A stretch of DNA of 62,678 bases, filler included, from Basidiobolus ranarum (lineage: Eukaryota): NCBI GenBank assembly GCA_040143965.1. It is 8 parts of 8 records of this genome, joined end to end, with 100 filler letters (N's around TTAATTAATTAA, not from the genome) between each part and the next. Parts side by side here need not be neighbours in the genome. Positions count along the whole stretch, not along the records: positions 1 to 7,775 come from JASJQH010001066.1; positions 7,876 to 15,637 come from JASJQH010001068.1; 6 more parts are not named here. One strand, given 5' to 3'. Numbering within the stretch: the stretch's first letter is position 1; every line of letters begins with the position of its first letter. This document shows, piece after piece, positions 1 through 13,015 of the stretch. The notes under the pieces were generated by a model. The model searched no databases. It saw nothing but the letters and a program-made list of their open reading frames with translations, and had not been told where the DNA came from. A program made the translations under genes and the position numbers.

Positions 1-1956
1 ATACTGAGTTGGAAACAACTTTTGAAGAATCCGCTGACATGGAATTATCAGCAGGTTTGTATATGCTATAGAACTATATAAGTGGCTATATGCCAACCTG
101 AAAGGTCAAGTACTTACTGAATGTGCTTTGGCTTTGAACCATACAGGAAGCGGACTTAGCCCCACGGCATATCTCGATCAGTCGTCAGGTACACTACTCA
201 TACGTCTGTCACTTGAATGAAAATAATTTAACCATCTTCTTTATTCAATTGCATTCATAGTCAGCAATCGTACAAGAAGCTCACCTATCCATAAGCCTAC
301 CCCTCGAAGTGTATACTCGGTGAGAAAAGCACGACACGTATTCGATGAGAGCATGGATTCCCCTGATATTGGGACCATCAAGAAGAAAATTGTATTCAAA
401 TCGAAAGCTGCACCTGCACGTAAATCTATGACCTCTAGTTCTCCAAAGCCATCTGATCGTAGAAGATACCAAGCGCCTAAAGCTCCGGATCAAAGCATCG
501 ATGATTCTCACAGTGAGTTGAATCATACTATGGAGGAATCAGCTATTGCTGATCTAAATGAACCTGAATCAGTTCTAGAGCCAAGCCCTAATATCATGGA
601 TACTGAACTCGATTCGGTTTTGGATAATTCGATATTATCACCAAGTCCCTCGACAAACAGAGGCTCAAAGAGTATCCCTCAAGAATTAAATGAAGAGGTC
701 GACCAAGCTCTCTCGGAGGATGATCTGAGGGAGAATGATATTCAATTGTCGCCGGCAAGCATAAATCCTTCACCTAAAAAACTACCCCATTCAGGAAAAG
801 GTAATGTTAAGCCATATAAATTTATATATTGTTGGTTTGTGTAAACCAAGTTTTGTCTCTTTAACAATGTAGCTTCCAAGAAGCCTGCTCCCAAAAAAGG
901 TACTGTGCACTTACGAAACCTTCGAAGTTTTCAATATATCTCAATTTTGTATTGCACAATATTTAGAGGCAAAAAAAGTAAAAGCTCAACCTATGCGCGC
1001 TCATAACAAGGAAGAAGAAGAGGAAAATGGTAGTTATTTATATTTCATCAATCAGTAATGAAAAGGTAATTAATTTACTACTCAGCAGGCGTCAGAAGAA
1101 GTGGCAGAACCAGGGTCAAGCCACTTGATTTTTGGCGAAATGAGAGAATCGTTTATGGGCGTCGAAAGTCTGGTAATTGCGGCTCACGATAATTTCAGTC
1201 AGTGTCTTTTGCTAATATCCATCTTAATTCACCCACAGGACCAAATGTTGTACCTGTTGTGAAAGAGATTGTAACGATTCCTGAAGATCATTTAGCACTT
1301 TCCAAGAGGCCAAAGAAAAGAGTGATCGCTAAAAATGTTATGAAAAGTAAAGAGGATGAGGAAATGTACAATGATGAGCCTATTGACGAGATAACCGTTA
1401 TTGATTGGTATAGCGGCGAGGAAGTTAAGAAAGGTAAGCTGCACTTTGAGGTTCTTTCAAAGAATTATCTTCTAATTGAATACCCTGATACCCAGCTATT
1501 GGCCTGACAAGAGACATGGTTGTCACAAAACCAGTTAATAATCAACCTTTCGAATTCGAAAAAACCTTTGGTGAAGCCGCCTTCATGTCCTCGGGCATTA
1601 TAAAGATTCATCAGAATGGAAAAAAACCCAGGAGAAACTCTGGTGATAATGCTATGGTAAAAAGTCAATAACAAGAAAGTATTTCTGAATGCATATTTAC
1701 CACCAATCGCTAGGTTTTCTATGTAATAGCCGGCTCGTGCAGGGTTACCGTCCATACATCTACCTTTGTTATATCCACTGGAGGCCAATTCCATGTGCCA
1801 AGAGGTTAGTATATATTTTTATTCAGCGGCAAATGACAATGGCATCAATTAATAATGGATTTGCATCTAGGCAACCAATACCAACTTGACAATGTTGGCC
1901 CCAACGAAGTACGTTTGTTCTTCGCCCAAGCTCGAGAGACTATACCTACAGAATAA
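1..1956 (+). CDS. MIF2: Centromere protein C (CENP-C/Mif2), 5'-partial, multi-exon
   Basis: The exon at ~1088-1172 encodes GVRRSGRTRVKPLDFWRNERIVYGRRKS (CENP-C motif). Exons at ~1496-1656, 1713-1804 and 1871-1956 encode a cupin domain (FEKTFGEAAFMSSGIIKI..VFYVIAGSCRVTVHTSTFVISTGGQFHVPRGNQYQLDN). Stop TAA at 1954-1956. Confidence 0.88.
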
Positions 1957-3195
1957 TCATTGGCTCAAGCTTGCTCCTTTAAATATCTTTTTGTTCGTGT
2001 TGAATAGCTAAAATCAATTCTTTATAATGTACAGCTCTCTTTTTTCATTCATTTATAAATCACTTGACCCCTTTTATACCATCTGTGCTAGGATCGAACG
2101 TAAGTTCTTCTGTCTGTTGTTTAGGACCATTTCTTACCTTCTCCTTAATTACTTTTCTGTTGCTCGTCTATCTTGCTTAATAATTCAAAGGATTCGGTTA
2201 ATAGGTGACCTTTGCCTATTAACCTCATAATAAATAGTATGTCTGTATTAAAGAAGCTATATCAGAGCGTATAATTCAAGTCAGTGGCTAATACGGAATA
2301 AAGATATAATTACCATGAGAAATATATCCAAACATTCATTTTTGTAATAATAACGCAAAGGTATCGTTGCTTCCTTTCCTTTCCTTTTTATATTCTCGGA
2401 AAGCATACAACTTTGAGAAAACGCTACCTGTGTCTTTTTACACTGAGGATTAATACATCTAATGTATTTTTACACCCTAGCTGATCAACTAATCGATAAT
2501 GAGCTATGTTCTAACGTAACTAAAATTAAGGCTCACCATGTTTGCACACAGTACTAGCTCAATTTCACATAGATTCTTAACGTGACTATAATTTATTTCC
2601 AGTAGATTGATTCTTCTGCTTTACTAAATTAGTATAACCACTAGAATTGGATGAGCTCTTTCTAGTCAATGGTACATACCAAGCAATAAAGTCAGCGGTG
2701 TATTTTCGGCAGTACTTTGCCTCTAGTATGATCTTTCAGAGACCGTTGGCCCAATCGCCACTCACCGTGCCATTTGTGCATATCCAAAGAATTTCTCATA
2801 CTTACATGGTCACGGTAGAAACATCTGATCCTCGAAACAATAAAAATGCCTGTAGGATACAATATATCACACGTTGTTGGGTTCTATTAGTATAGGCTGG
2901 ATTTGATTGTAACACCAACTGCCATTTATCAAATGATATGTAACTTGCGTAGATATTTATCTAGTTTAATATTACAGTATAGCCATCACCACCCACATAT
3001 GATTGGCCTTGCTGCCCTGAATGTGATGCAAGTTCCGAATGTTTAGAGCAATATGTTTCTACTCATTAGTGCTAAATATCCTGTACGACATTCTTATTTT
3101 GTGTCTCGACTCTTGATAAAGTCTGAATTATTTGATTTATTTGAGTAAGGTTGAAATGAAACATATCGATTTGGTTTTGCTGCCTCCAATCCAAT

Positions 3196-4211
3196 ATGGA
3201 CTCTTCACCCTCATCACCAAAGGAAACAAGTACTCTCGAAGCTTTGAGGGATCTCATTCATAAACGCATATCGACCTTTGCCTATTTACAAAGAGTACAT
3301 AATGGAAGCGCTCATTATTTCAATACCATTTTACTTTCCGAAGAAGACCTTCATCGCTTTTACAACAATAAAAAACTAAGAAAAAGGTAAAGTTCAGGCT
3401 TCTTGTGTATCTCTCTACGAATGAGTAAACTCCGAAGGCTAACATACATTCGCAGGTCACAGAAATTTTTCATTTTAGGTACTAGTCTCGGACCTATACT
3501 CGAAATCACTACAATATCAGATTATGTGAGGGCACTTCACCAAATCATACACGAGTATGAGCACTTTATTAGTGATGGTAGTAAAACTAAAAAGGTTTCT
3601 CCTCGCTCTATATAATTCAAGCCATATTCTTGAGACTGCATTCATACTTTTTTCACAGAGAAATTTCTTCCGAAAATCGAAATTTACCGGTGAGCAAGTC
3701 TTTTTTAATCCGAATTTCCAAGAAACGGGTGAATATATACATCTAGATGTGAGGACTACGGTAAGCCAGAGTTTAATATTAGCATGAGGGTTTCCGGGGA
3801 CTGTGAAATGGACGTTACCCAAGCTTGAGGAGCTAAATCATAGTTATAATTGTAGCCTTTTGAGCCTGATTACCTACAGATACTGCATACATTTTGCGAT
3901 ATCATGGTTGTGGTTTATACTAAACTTATGGAGGGGATTCATGAATTCTATCGATCGCCTTTGGCCGATGTTGTTTCTAAAATCGATTCGAAATTCAAGG
4001 TATTAAGCAAATCCACAATGATATCATATCACGTATCTTAGGCACTAAGTTTCTCGTTTAGAAAATACTCACTGCAATCAATCGAGATCTGGACTTGGTC
4101 GTTCATACTCTGATATGTCGCGAATTGGAGAGAATGGATCCCCTTCCATCTCCTAAAAATGGCACTAACGCTGCTGAAGACTGGGAAGCTATGAATGCAC
4201 TTCACATTTGA
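3196..4211 (+). CDS. Hypothetical protein, about 5 exons
   Basis: ATG 3196 (MDSSPSSPKETSTLEALRDLIHKRISTFAYLQRVH..). Frame continues through GT-AG introns (~3387-3455, 3594-3659, 3761-3855, 4000-4061) to ..EDWEAMNALHI*, TGA 4209-4211. Function not recognised. Confidence 0.7.
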
Positions 4212-5299
4212 GTTTGTGAAAGGTTCGGGTTCACTTTCGATAGCATGCAAATGCAGTCCGGCTCTATACGTACCTTTCTTGTATAATCACAATGGGGTGG
4301 CCTCAGGAATGATGGGACTCCCCATCTGGCACTTTGGGAGATCATTTCATTTCTTTACCAATCCTTTTTGACGTGCCAGCATCAATACCTACTTGGCGCG
4401 TAGGGAGCATACCCATTATCAGGGTGCTTTTTCCAGCCCGTTGTTTCAGTTTATCGATGATAATAAATAATATGTAAGAAGAGGTTGTAATATATTCCTA
4501 TCTTTCTTAATAAGCAGTGCTAGTTACGACCAGGTTTACATGCCGTTTGCACAATTATATTGTACATATCGTAGTATTGTTAACTCTATGTCTACCTGTA
4601 TGATTGCTAAAGGCTTTCACTGTATTGTTAAAGCTACCGCTCTTCCTGTGGCACATAAACCACCTACTAGGTGTTTAAGAAATGACTGTCCAATAGCTCG
4701 ATAATTACTGCGGGCTGTTCATTTCAAAGATGTGCCATAATGGAGATTGCTGCCAATTCTCAACGTCATGGATCTGTTGACTCCGCTGATGAACAATGCT
4801 TGAGCTCCAGCAGATGACTATGTCATATATTTGATGTACGAGCTTAATTTCATTTCAATTATTTCCAGATTAATAGTCCTTATATGGAATCTCCGAGCCA
4901 CCTCTAAAAGACGACGTCAGTGAGTGATTGATTAATTCTTGGATAATATCCGGAGATCGAAACTATTAGTCCCCAGCAAAGCTTAGATGTCGAAACTGTG
5001 ATGAGATGGCTCCTTTCTTGGAGCCTTGAATGATCTAAGCCTTTGAATGCAGATATTTTGTATCACGCGCTTCCCCTCTGCAAAGTATGATTGGATACTG
5101 GCATTCATATCTCATTACAATTCTTAATCTAACCCCCTTACGAAAACAAGAGATCATATCCGGAAAGGGGAAATTGAGTTTTTAAAACCAACTAGTTCTG
5201 AAAATGAACTGCGCAACCTTACCCAGCGACAAGTAACACACTTTCTTTAAAATACTTTAACCGACCGAATACACTCTTCTAGACCTTGGTGCTTCTAAA

Positions 5300-7008
5300 A
5301 TGCCTTACATACAACAGAAGTATCTAAATAACCTGTCGAAATACAAGTACAGCGGGGTGGACAAATCTCTCCTATCCAAATATGTCCTGCAGTATTATTG
5401 GAGTGGACTAGTAAAACTTTTTCCCTTGTGGATGGCGTAAGTCACGAAAACTCTTCTTTGCTACTAGAGAACAATCTAACCAAGTTACTTCCTCTAGCCC
5501 GAACCTTATCACTCTACTTGGCTTTTTGTGCGTTATTGTCAACTTCTTCACGGTGATTATCCTGGATCCTACCTTGAGTGAACCCGTACCTAGTTGGATA
5601 TACCTCAGGTGAGCAATTTGTTATCTTGCGGGTTTTTGAAACGTTGTACTTAACAATATGTTATAGTTATGCCCTCGGTCTTTGGGTTTACGCGTCGTTG
5701 GATGCTATCGATGGAAAACAGGCTCGTCGAACCGGTACTTCCGGCCCTTTGGGTGAAATGTTTGACCATGGTGATTATTTTTATCAGAAAGTATCATTTG
5801 ATCAGAAAACTAATCGCTTACTCCTACATTTTTTAGGATGTGACGCTCTAAATACTTCAGTATGATTTCTCAAGGATAAATACTCTACATGCTGATAACT
5901 TATATACGTTTCTTTTGTAGTTTGGAACCATCATTTGTACTTCTGTTCTAGGCATTGGCCAATCCTGGTGGGCCCTGGTTGCGTTCCTTGCTGGTGCGTT
6001 AATGGTCACTTTATTGACATTTACTATGTGGTATTAACACTTGATATGTAGCAACAAGTAATTTCTATCTCTCCACCTGGGAAGAGTATCATACAGGAAC
6101 TCTATATCTTGGTTATTTCAGTGGGCCAGTCGAGGGTATTGTATTACTAGTTAGTGTGTTTGCGTTGACTGGTTTTGTTGGTAAGTTGGTGTGCTGTATG
6201 ATATATTTGGAATTCTCGTTCACTAATTATTTTGAAATGTCAACTAGAGGGAGGATCTGCCTTTTGGAAACTTTCTATTCGACAAATTCTCGGTATCACA
6301 CCTGGAACCTTGACCTGGATTCCTGATTTCCCTACGAACCAAGCATTCAACTTGTTATCGCTTATCGTCCTAGGTGCTAATGTTGTTAGCAGGTTGGAGA
6401 ACTTCACACATCCTTTCCTTGATCTTCGAGATTTGCCATGATACTTGAATCACTAACTCCGATAATTCTTGTAATTCCAATGTATTTAGTATTGTGACTG
6501 TCATCAAGACCTCAAAGAAGAATAATCAATCTCCAGTCAAAGCCTTGCTCGGGCTTCTACCATTCGTCAGTAGTGTCGGGTTGGTCTATGTTTGGGTGAG
6601 CGCTTCTCCCAACATTGTGGCTGGACATTTGACACCTTTCATGGTTTACTGCGGATGTTCCTTTGGCTATATGGTTGGTCGAATGATTCTTGCTCATGTT
6701 ACGAAGGCCCCATTCCCCTACTTCCCTCGAATTTTCCTTCCTCTAATATTTGGAGCGCTCAACGCAGCACTTCCCGCTTATTTCAATAGGTACAGTTGCC
6801 AATCAATTCACCAAAAATCAGTATTAACCCCCCAATTTTTTCCAGAGATCCAATCCTGCCCCTCGAATATGTATTTACCTACATCCTTGTGGCTCTCACA
6901 TACTCCATTGCCGCATACGCACACTTTGCCATATCTGTGATCAATGATGTTTGCGCATATTTTGATATTTGGTGTCTTCGAATTAAGCATCCCAAGAAAA
7001 CCGAGTAA
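5300..7008 (+). CDS. Choline/ethanolamine phosphotransferase (CDP-alcohol phosphotransferase, Ept1/Cpt1 family), multi-exon
   Basis: N-terminus [30 protein letters not shown]; catalytic motif [26 protein letters not shown] across an intron; [14 protein letters not shown]-terminus [15 protein letters not shown]. Confidence 0.93.
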
Positions 7009-7775
7009 ATATTCCACAGCTGAACATTGTAACATTTACCTTGGATTACAAACGGTTCAAGGGAACCACCACTTCAGCGGACTAAAACTTTCTAGCGTTA
7101 AGTTGTCAAATCAACACTAACATTATCTACCTTTAACACAATATTTTTTTAATCTGCGATATCAGTGAGAATCTTCTCGTGGTTTTGTTAATAAAATCTT
7201 TTTAGCTTTCAACTTACTAGACCATGATATATATCACTACTCCACGTATTTATTGATCTACCTATATAAAGCTATTTCTAAATTCCAAGCAAGCCATTCA
7301 ATTCCTTCTTTGCTTGACCTTGAACATTCGATTTTAAGCCATCCCATTGACATGAGAGGTGAGGGAATTTTCTATTCTTCAAAGGATTTCTCACAGGTTG
7401 ATTTAGTTACCACCATATTCAGTAAACCGAATCGGATACCACAGATACACATTAATATATGTAGTTTTTCATTTAATCGTACCCTTATCACATGGAAGGA
7501 GGTCCACTTTTTTACCTACTATCAAGTCTTAATATTCCAATGGTTTTAATTACAATGTAGATAGATACAAACTTTGATACCAAACTGGATTTTGTAGAAA
7601 GGTGAGTTGCATTAAAGTGAAATGGGAATCATTTTGTATGTTAAGTTAACAGTCAAATGAAATAGAGAGGGGGGGGGGATGTATAAAGACAATGGGGGGT
7701 GGATTTCTATGGAGAAAAAGTAGGCTCATTTTGGTTGTTAATAAATAAGAAGATATGGAGGGAAGGTGAGCATTG

Positions 7776-7875
7776 NNNNNNNNNNNNNNNNNNNNNNNNN
7801 NNNNNNNNNNNNNNNNNNNTTAATTAATTAANNNNNNNNNNNNNNNNNNNNNNNNNNNNNNNNNNNNNNNNNNNN
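7776..7875. other. Artificial contig linker (N-TTAATTAATTAA-N). Same linker at 15638-15737, 23496-23595, 31350-31449, 39193-39292, 47024-47123, 54853-54952
   Basis: Identical 100-nt spacer with a six-frame stop core. Intervening segments decrease monotonically in length (7775 to 7726 nt). Confidence 0.98.
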
Positions 7876-8605
7876 ACTTCTCTTTAGCTATGTAAAATCG
7901 CACATGTTTAAAATAAATGTTCACCTGTACGTTCGAGGAACGAACTTTAAATTACACCCCCCCCCCCCTTTACTCACCTTTTCACTTTATATGATTCCTC
8001 GCTAGTCCCATTTGGAAATATTTCTGGAATTTTCTTTTTTTCTTTCTTTCTTATAGTTCCTCTAAAAAGTCGTATCTCCTCATTCCCTCTCTCCACTTCC
8101 CACCAACTCACCATTTTCTTACCTAACTTTCATTATTCATCAAATTTTAATTTGATACAATATTAGTAAATTATAATAATATATAGTATCTGCTTCATTC
8201 AACATATATTTCTCACCTTACTTTCACATCTATTATTCTTTTGATATTTATTTTCGAGTACAAAAACTTGAAAAATTTTCGGGAATCAATCAAACAAGTA
8301 AAGTAATTCATTCTATATAGTAATATAATATACTCAAAGAAACCACCTTAATAAGCAATTCGTTACAAAGAAAGTCAATGGAATGGGTGTAAAGGAGGGA
8401 AGGAAAGAATGGAGTTAGGAAAATAGAGAAGATGGTAACAAGTGGTGTTAAATAATAAGTGAAGAGTTGAATAATTTCCAAATTATTGAAAAAACAAACA
8501 ATAATATTCATGCCAATAAGTAAGATGATAACGAAATTAGAGGGATTTTCTGGATCAAAAATTGGGAAATATCATTGCTACATGTGCATATATATATACA
8601 TAATA

Positions 8606-10608
8606 TTACTGCTTCTTGATCTTCCAGTTACCTGGCTTGGAGAGTTTCATGGCAAGTTTCTCTTTGTTCACAGGCTTGGTTTTGTTACGGTTCTTGTTTT
8701 TGACATTGGCCTTCTCGTAGTAATGTTGACCAACCTTCTTTTTGTTGGTGGTCATACGGGTCTTCTTGGATTTTTTATCATCCTCACTTTCCTCGTCATC
8801 ACTGGTTCTCTTGGTCTTAGGTTGAGTGGAGGCTTCTCCGCTCTCTTCAGGTTGCTCTTCCTCATCATCTTGACCCATCTCACTTACTTCCTCACCAACA
8901 ACACTCTCAAAGACTTCATCCCAATCAGGAATCTCTTCGGCATCCTCGGTAGGTTCAGCACCCTCAACTTCGGATTTCTCCATCATATCTGGCTCTTCAT
9001 CCTCCTCTGGCTCTTCTTCTCCTTCTCTTCTCAAATCATCAGGTAAGAAGTCGGCGGCAACTTGGATCTTACGGAAGATTTGTTCAACACCAATCTTGTT
9101 CTTACCCTTGCTATCGACAGAGCTATCCTCACTTGTGGCTTCTTTGGTTGGCTTCTCGTTTTCAGGTGGGGCGGCGTAGAAAGGAATCTTACCACGTAAC
9201 CAATCGTTCAATACCATCTTGGCAACTGCGGTTAAATCAGGTTCACCACCCTTGAGTAGCTTTCCGGACTTGCTAGCGAGCTGAGTAAGGAAATCAACAT
9301 GATCTTCCCAATCATCAAGCTCATAAGTTCTACTGATGTATTCACGTCTGACACGTTCAAGAATTTGGGGGATATGATCTTCAGGACCCTTGATATTTTC
9401 AACACGAACAACTCCCTTGAGTACGATATCAGTTTCTGTATCATCAGTAGAGGGATGGACAACACCAGGACAATCGATAAGATAGATTCTCTTCATCAAA
9501 GTGATATATTGCCAGACCTTAGTTTCTCCAGGAATGGGTGCAACGGTGCATACCTTCTTCTTCTTGAGTGTATTAATAATGGAACTCTTACCGGTATTAG
9601 GATAACCGATAAAACCAACACTGATTTGCTTCTTATCCGCGTGCAACTTGGCAAATTGACGAAGTAATTGAATCAATGAACCTTTACCAAATGAATTGTT
9701 AACACTGGCATGGAAGGCTAAGGTAGGGTACTCTTGAGAGAGATGTTTAACCCAACGAGCAGTAACCCAGGTGGGCACCAAGTCACATTTGTTAAGAACG
9801 AAGATCAAATGCTTGTGTGGAGTCTCTTTCTTCATGTGACTGATCACATTTTGACAACGAGTACCAAGTGGATCTCTGGAGTCGAGTACATGAATTACCA
9901 CATCAGATGAATCGACAACCTTGTACAATTCATTCCAAATACGTTTCGATTGACCTTTCATGAAAACAGCTTCACGAGCTTCGGTGATATAATCGGTAAT
10001 CTCATTGGCAAGAAGGGAAACATCCTTCTTCTCGCTGTAGTTTTCTAAAGACTCCTCAACGGTGGTGGCCATATCCTCCAAGCTACTAATGTTAAGCTTG
10101 GGCTTCTTACGTTGAGATTTAGGGCCAAAAGTGTGATCGAAAGTCTCAGTCTCCAACATATGCATTCTAGATGTTTTGGTGGGATCGGTCAATAAACTCA
10201 TAGGGAGCTTATTCTGACGAAGAAGAACCTGATAAGGATCATTAACCTTAGTCCCGAGCTTCTCACGGAAATCTTCGAGGGCTTTTTGACCGATAACACG
10301 AGTGTTACCTAAAAGATGTAAATACGAAATGTTAATGCCAATTCAAATACTTTAAGAAAATCAAATATGAACATACCAAACCACTTGCGATTGGGTTCAA
10401 CACGGGCGACTGGGGTTTCTTTACTTTGGAAGGCAGCAGCTTTAATAACGTTTCCGTCTTTGTCGTGAACGGCTCTGCCAGAGTTTAACATATTAACAAA
10501 TTTGACCTTCTTTTTGTCACGATAAAAGTTCTCCCCCTTCAAACGGGTTCCATAGGGTTCGTTATCGGAACGAGCGAGTCTATTCTTTTCCTTCTTAAAT
10601 TTACCCAT
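8606..10608 (-). CDS. NOG2: Nucleolar GTPase Nog2 (exons 10377-10608, 8606-10308)
   Basis: NGP1NT N-terminus ([27 protein letters not shown]), circularly permuted G motifs ([19 protein letters not shown]), acidic/basic tail. Confidence 0.97.
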
Positions 10609-11151
10609 GTTGATGAAATGAAAAGGAAACTTGACTGATAGAGTTTTAAGAAAGGTAAGAAAGAATTATTACAAGCGTATGAAGTAAAACTTTGACCAGC
10701 AATAAGGGCGGGAAAAAAAGATATTAGCTCACTATGAATAGGCTACTTATTTAGGAGTCTACCAACGATTAAACCGTAATTTTCAGCTTTTGAGTAGTCC
10801 TTTTTTTTTCTTCCCACTAGTTGGTGGAGTTTTTTTTTTTTTTCTGACCTTCAATCTTGCACACTAGGATTGAGAAAAAAATTCGCTAGGATCTCTTCCA
10901 CCACTCAGACTAAGCTGAATCATTTAGGATCATGTGGTTAGGGCTAGTGGTTATTTAATTCACTAAATACACCAAATACACTAAATAGCAAGAATGATTA
11001 AATAAAGTACAAAGGTGGTTTTCATTTATTTATTACAGAAATGTGAGTTGGTGGACCCGCATTTATGCATATATTGTGAATGGAAAAGGCTGACATGGAT
11101 TGTATTCTACCATGACCATGGCATCAACTCACCCATAATATGAGCATTTTT

Positions 11152-11668
11152 CTATTTTCTCATTAAGAGGTATATATTTTCAGATACTGTGATGTTTTGA
11201 AGGTGTCTAAAATCTCCTTCAAGAGCCATCAACAAACCACCATAGGAAGCATATACAGATACTTTGGAGCCGGAGCTTTCATCGTACTTGTAGACCTTTC
11301 CGTACATGACGTATTCGTAATCATCGGCGAGGTTCTTTTCAGTACGCTCTCTCCAAGACTCTTTCTTTCCACTGGCATCCAAATCCCGGGCACCATCTAA
11401 AGAGAGTGACGAAGCCAAGACTAAAGAAAACTTCTCTCCAATCTCCAAGGGATATAACTCGTTGTTAAAGTCCAAAGTCAACTCCATATCGTAATTTTCT
11501 GAACGAGCATTTAAACGAGAAACTAGGAAGAATCAGAGAATTAGTTACCATCAGAAACAACCCTTTGTACCAAGAAAAAGATATACCTCTGTCGAATTTC
11601 TTGCCGTCCCGATCAACATCTTTAATATCAAAAATATCGGAAAAAAGGATGTTTTCTCTCTTGTCCAT
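11152..11668 (-). CDS. RPB8: RNA polymerase I/II/III shared subunit Rpb8 (exons 11587-11668, 11152-11522)
   Basis: LFSDIFDIKDVDRDGKKFDR|VSR..LADDYEYVMYGKVYKY..YASYGGLLMALEG. Confidence 0.97.
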
Positions 11669-12140
11669 GTTGTATGTGGTTCAAAAGTTAAGCTAATAAT
11701 AAATTTCCAAGAAATGAGAAACGAACAAACTTTCACTTAATATACAGAATATAGATTCAAATGAAGCTGCTTTCTTTTTGGTTTAGCTTACACTTTTTTT
11801 TCTTTTTTGTTGTTGATAAAAAAATTCCCCATCAATTTCGTTGGATCTTACGATTAGCATACACTCTTGGTTTAAACTATCTGATGCTATCTACACATTG
11901 TTCATTGATTGGATGGTTTTCGATATTTTGGATGAATGCGCATACTGAGAGTAATCATGTCCTACTGATGATACGCAGTTGGTACTTCATTAAATGTGAT
12001 GTTTGAATGTGTGATATAGCTACAGACTAAAGATATTGCAACGGAAGCATATGTTATTGGCTTTTTATTCTCTACACATGTCTGAGTAGATACTTTTCTT
12101 AACAAATTGTCAAAAGCAAAAGGAGTATATGGGGAGATAT

Positions 12141-12485
12141 TTAAGATTCCATCAATTCACGAAGACGACGGACGGTACTGCGAACAGTAGCAGCAGCGGT
12201 GGTGGAAACAGTCCAAGCACCACCAGCCATGACCTTACGGCATCCACGGCATTCCCAAATACCAACGGATTGACGTTTAACGGCATCCTTACCGCAGAAA
12301 GTACAGGTGTACTTGGCGTGTTGAGTGATTTCCATCTTCTTCACTTGTTTACGAAGAGAAGCACCATAACGGGTACCGTACTTACCGACAACTCCGACCT
12401 TTTTGGTACGTTTGGCCTATCATATAAAGCGTAAGGTTAGATGGATGGTTGAGTGTTCCGCTATAGACGACAATATACGTACCAT
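12141..12485 (-). CDS. RPL43: 60S ribosomal protein eL43 (ATG-only first exon 12483-12485, exon 2 12141-12416)
   Basis: [52 protein letters not shown]; 92 aa. Confidence 0.97.
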
Positions 12486-13015
12486 ATTGAATGGGTGAGA
12501 TGGACAAAAAGAAGGATGTACCTCAGCTATCGCTCTCATTTTTGTTTGCAATTCAGAGTCCCAAATTTTAGGGTACATTGATCTTGGAATTTTTGGTGGA
12601 CATAAATAATTGAATCTGATCTTCACGAATAGTCAATCTAAAAATATCCATTTCGTTTGACAGTCCAGGGTGACGGAAAATGCTTCAGGTGAATTCACCT
12701 CGTGGACTTCAAGAATCTGCGGAGATCACGCACTGTCGATGGCATGATGCCATAGAATTAGAATCTTTACTTGGCAATTCGAGATTTCTCCAGATTTGAG
12801 GCGCATGAAACTCATGGTAGTCAATCACCTCATGACGAAGTGGCCAACTTGGGCGTGTTCATTGATGTCCTAAATTCGCAAGTGTTTGTCGAGGAAGAGT
12901 TATTGCATGTCTCTCTCTCCCTCTTGCTCCCTACCTTATTCGAAGTAAAAGGTTTCCTTGGACTATAGACCAATTTACATTTTACAGCAAGTTATTTATT
13001 TCGTGAGTGACCATC

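Noticed and set aside
8486-9667. Long plus-strand ORFs (186 aa, 122 aa) and similar overlaps at 12129, 33331, 42290, 52724
   Set aside because: They are antisense or alternative-frame shadows of real, codon-biased genes.
10851-10885. Hairpin and RRPE-like GAAAAAAATT upstream of NOG2
   Set aside because: Low-complexity motif in AT-rich DNA; not distinguishable from chance without cross-gene enrichment.
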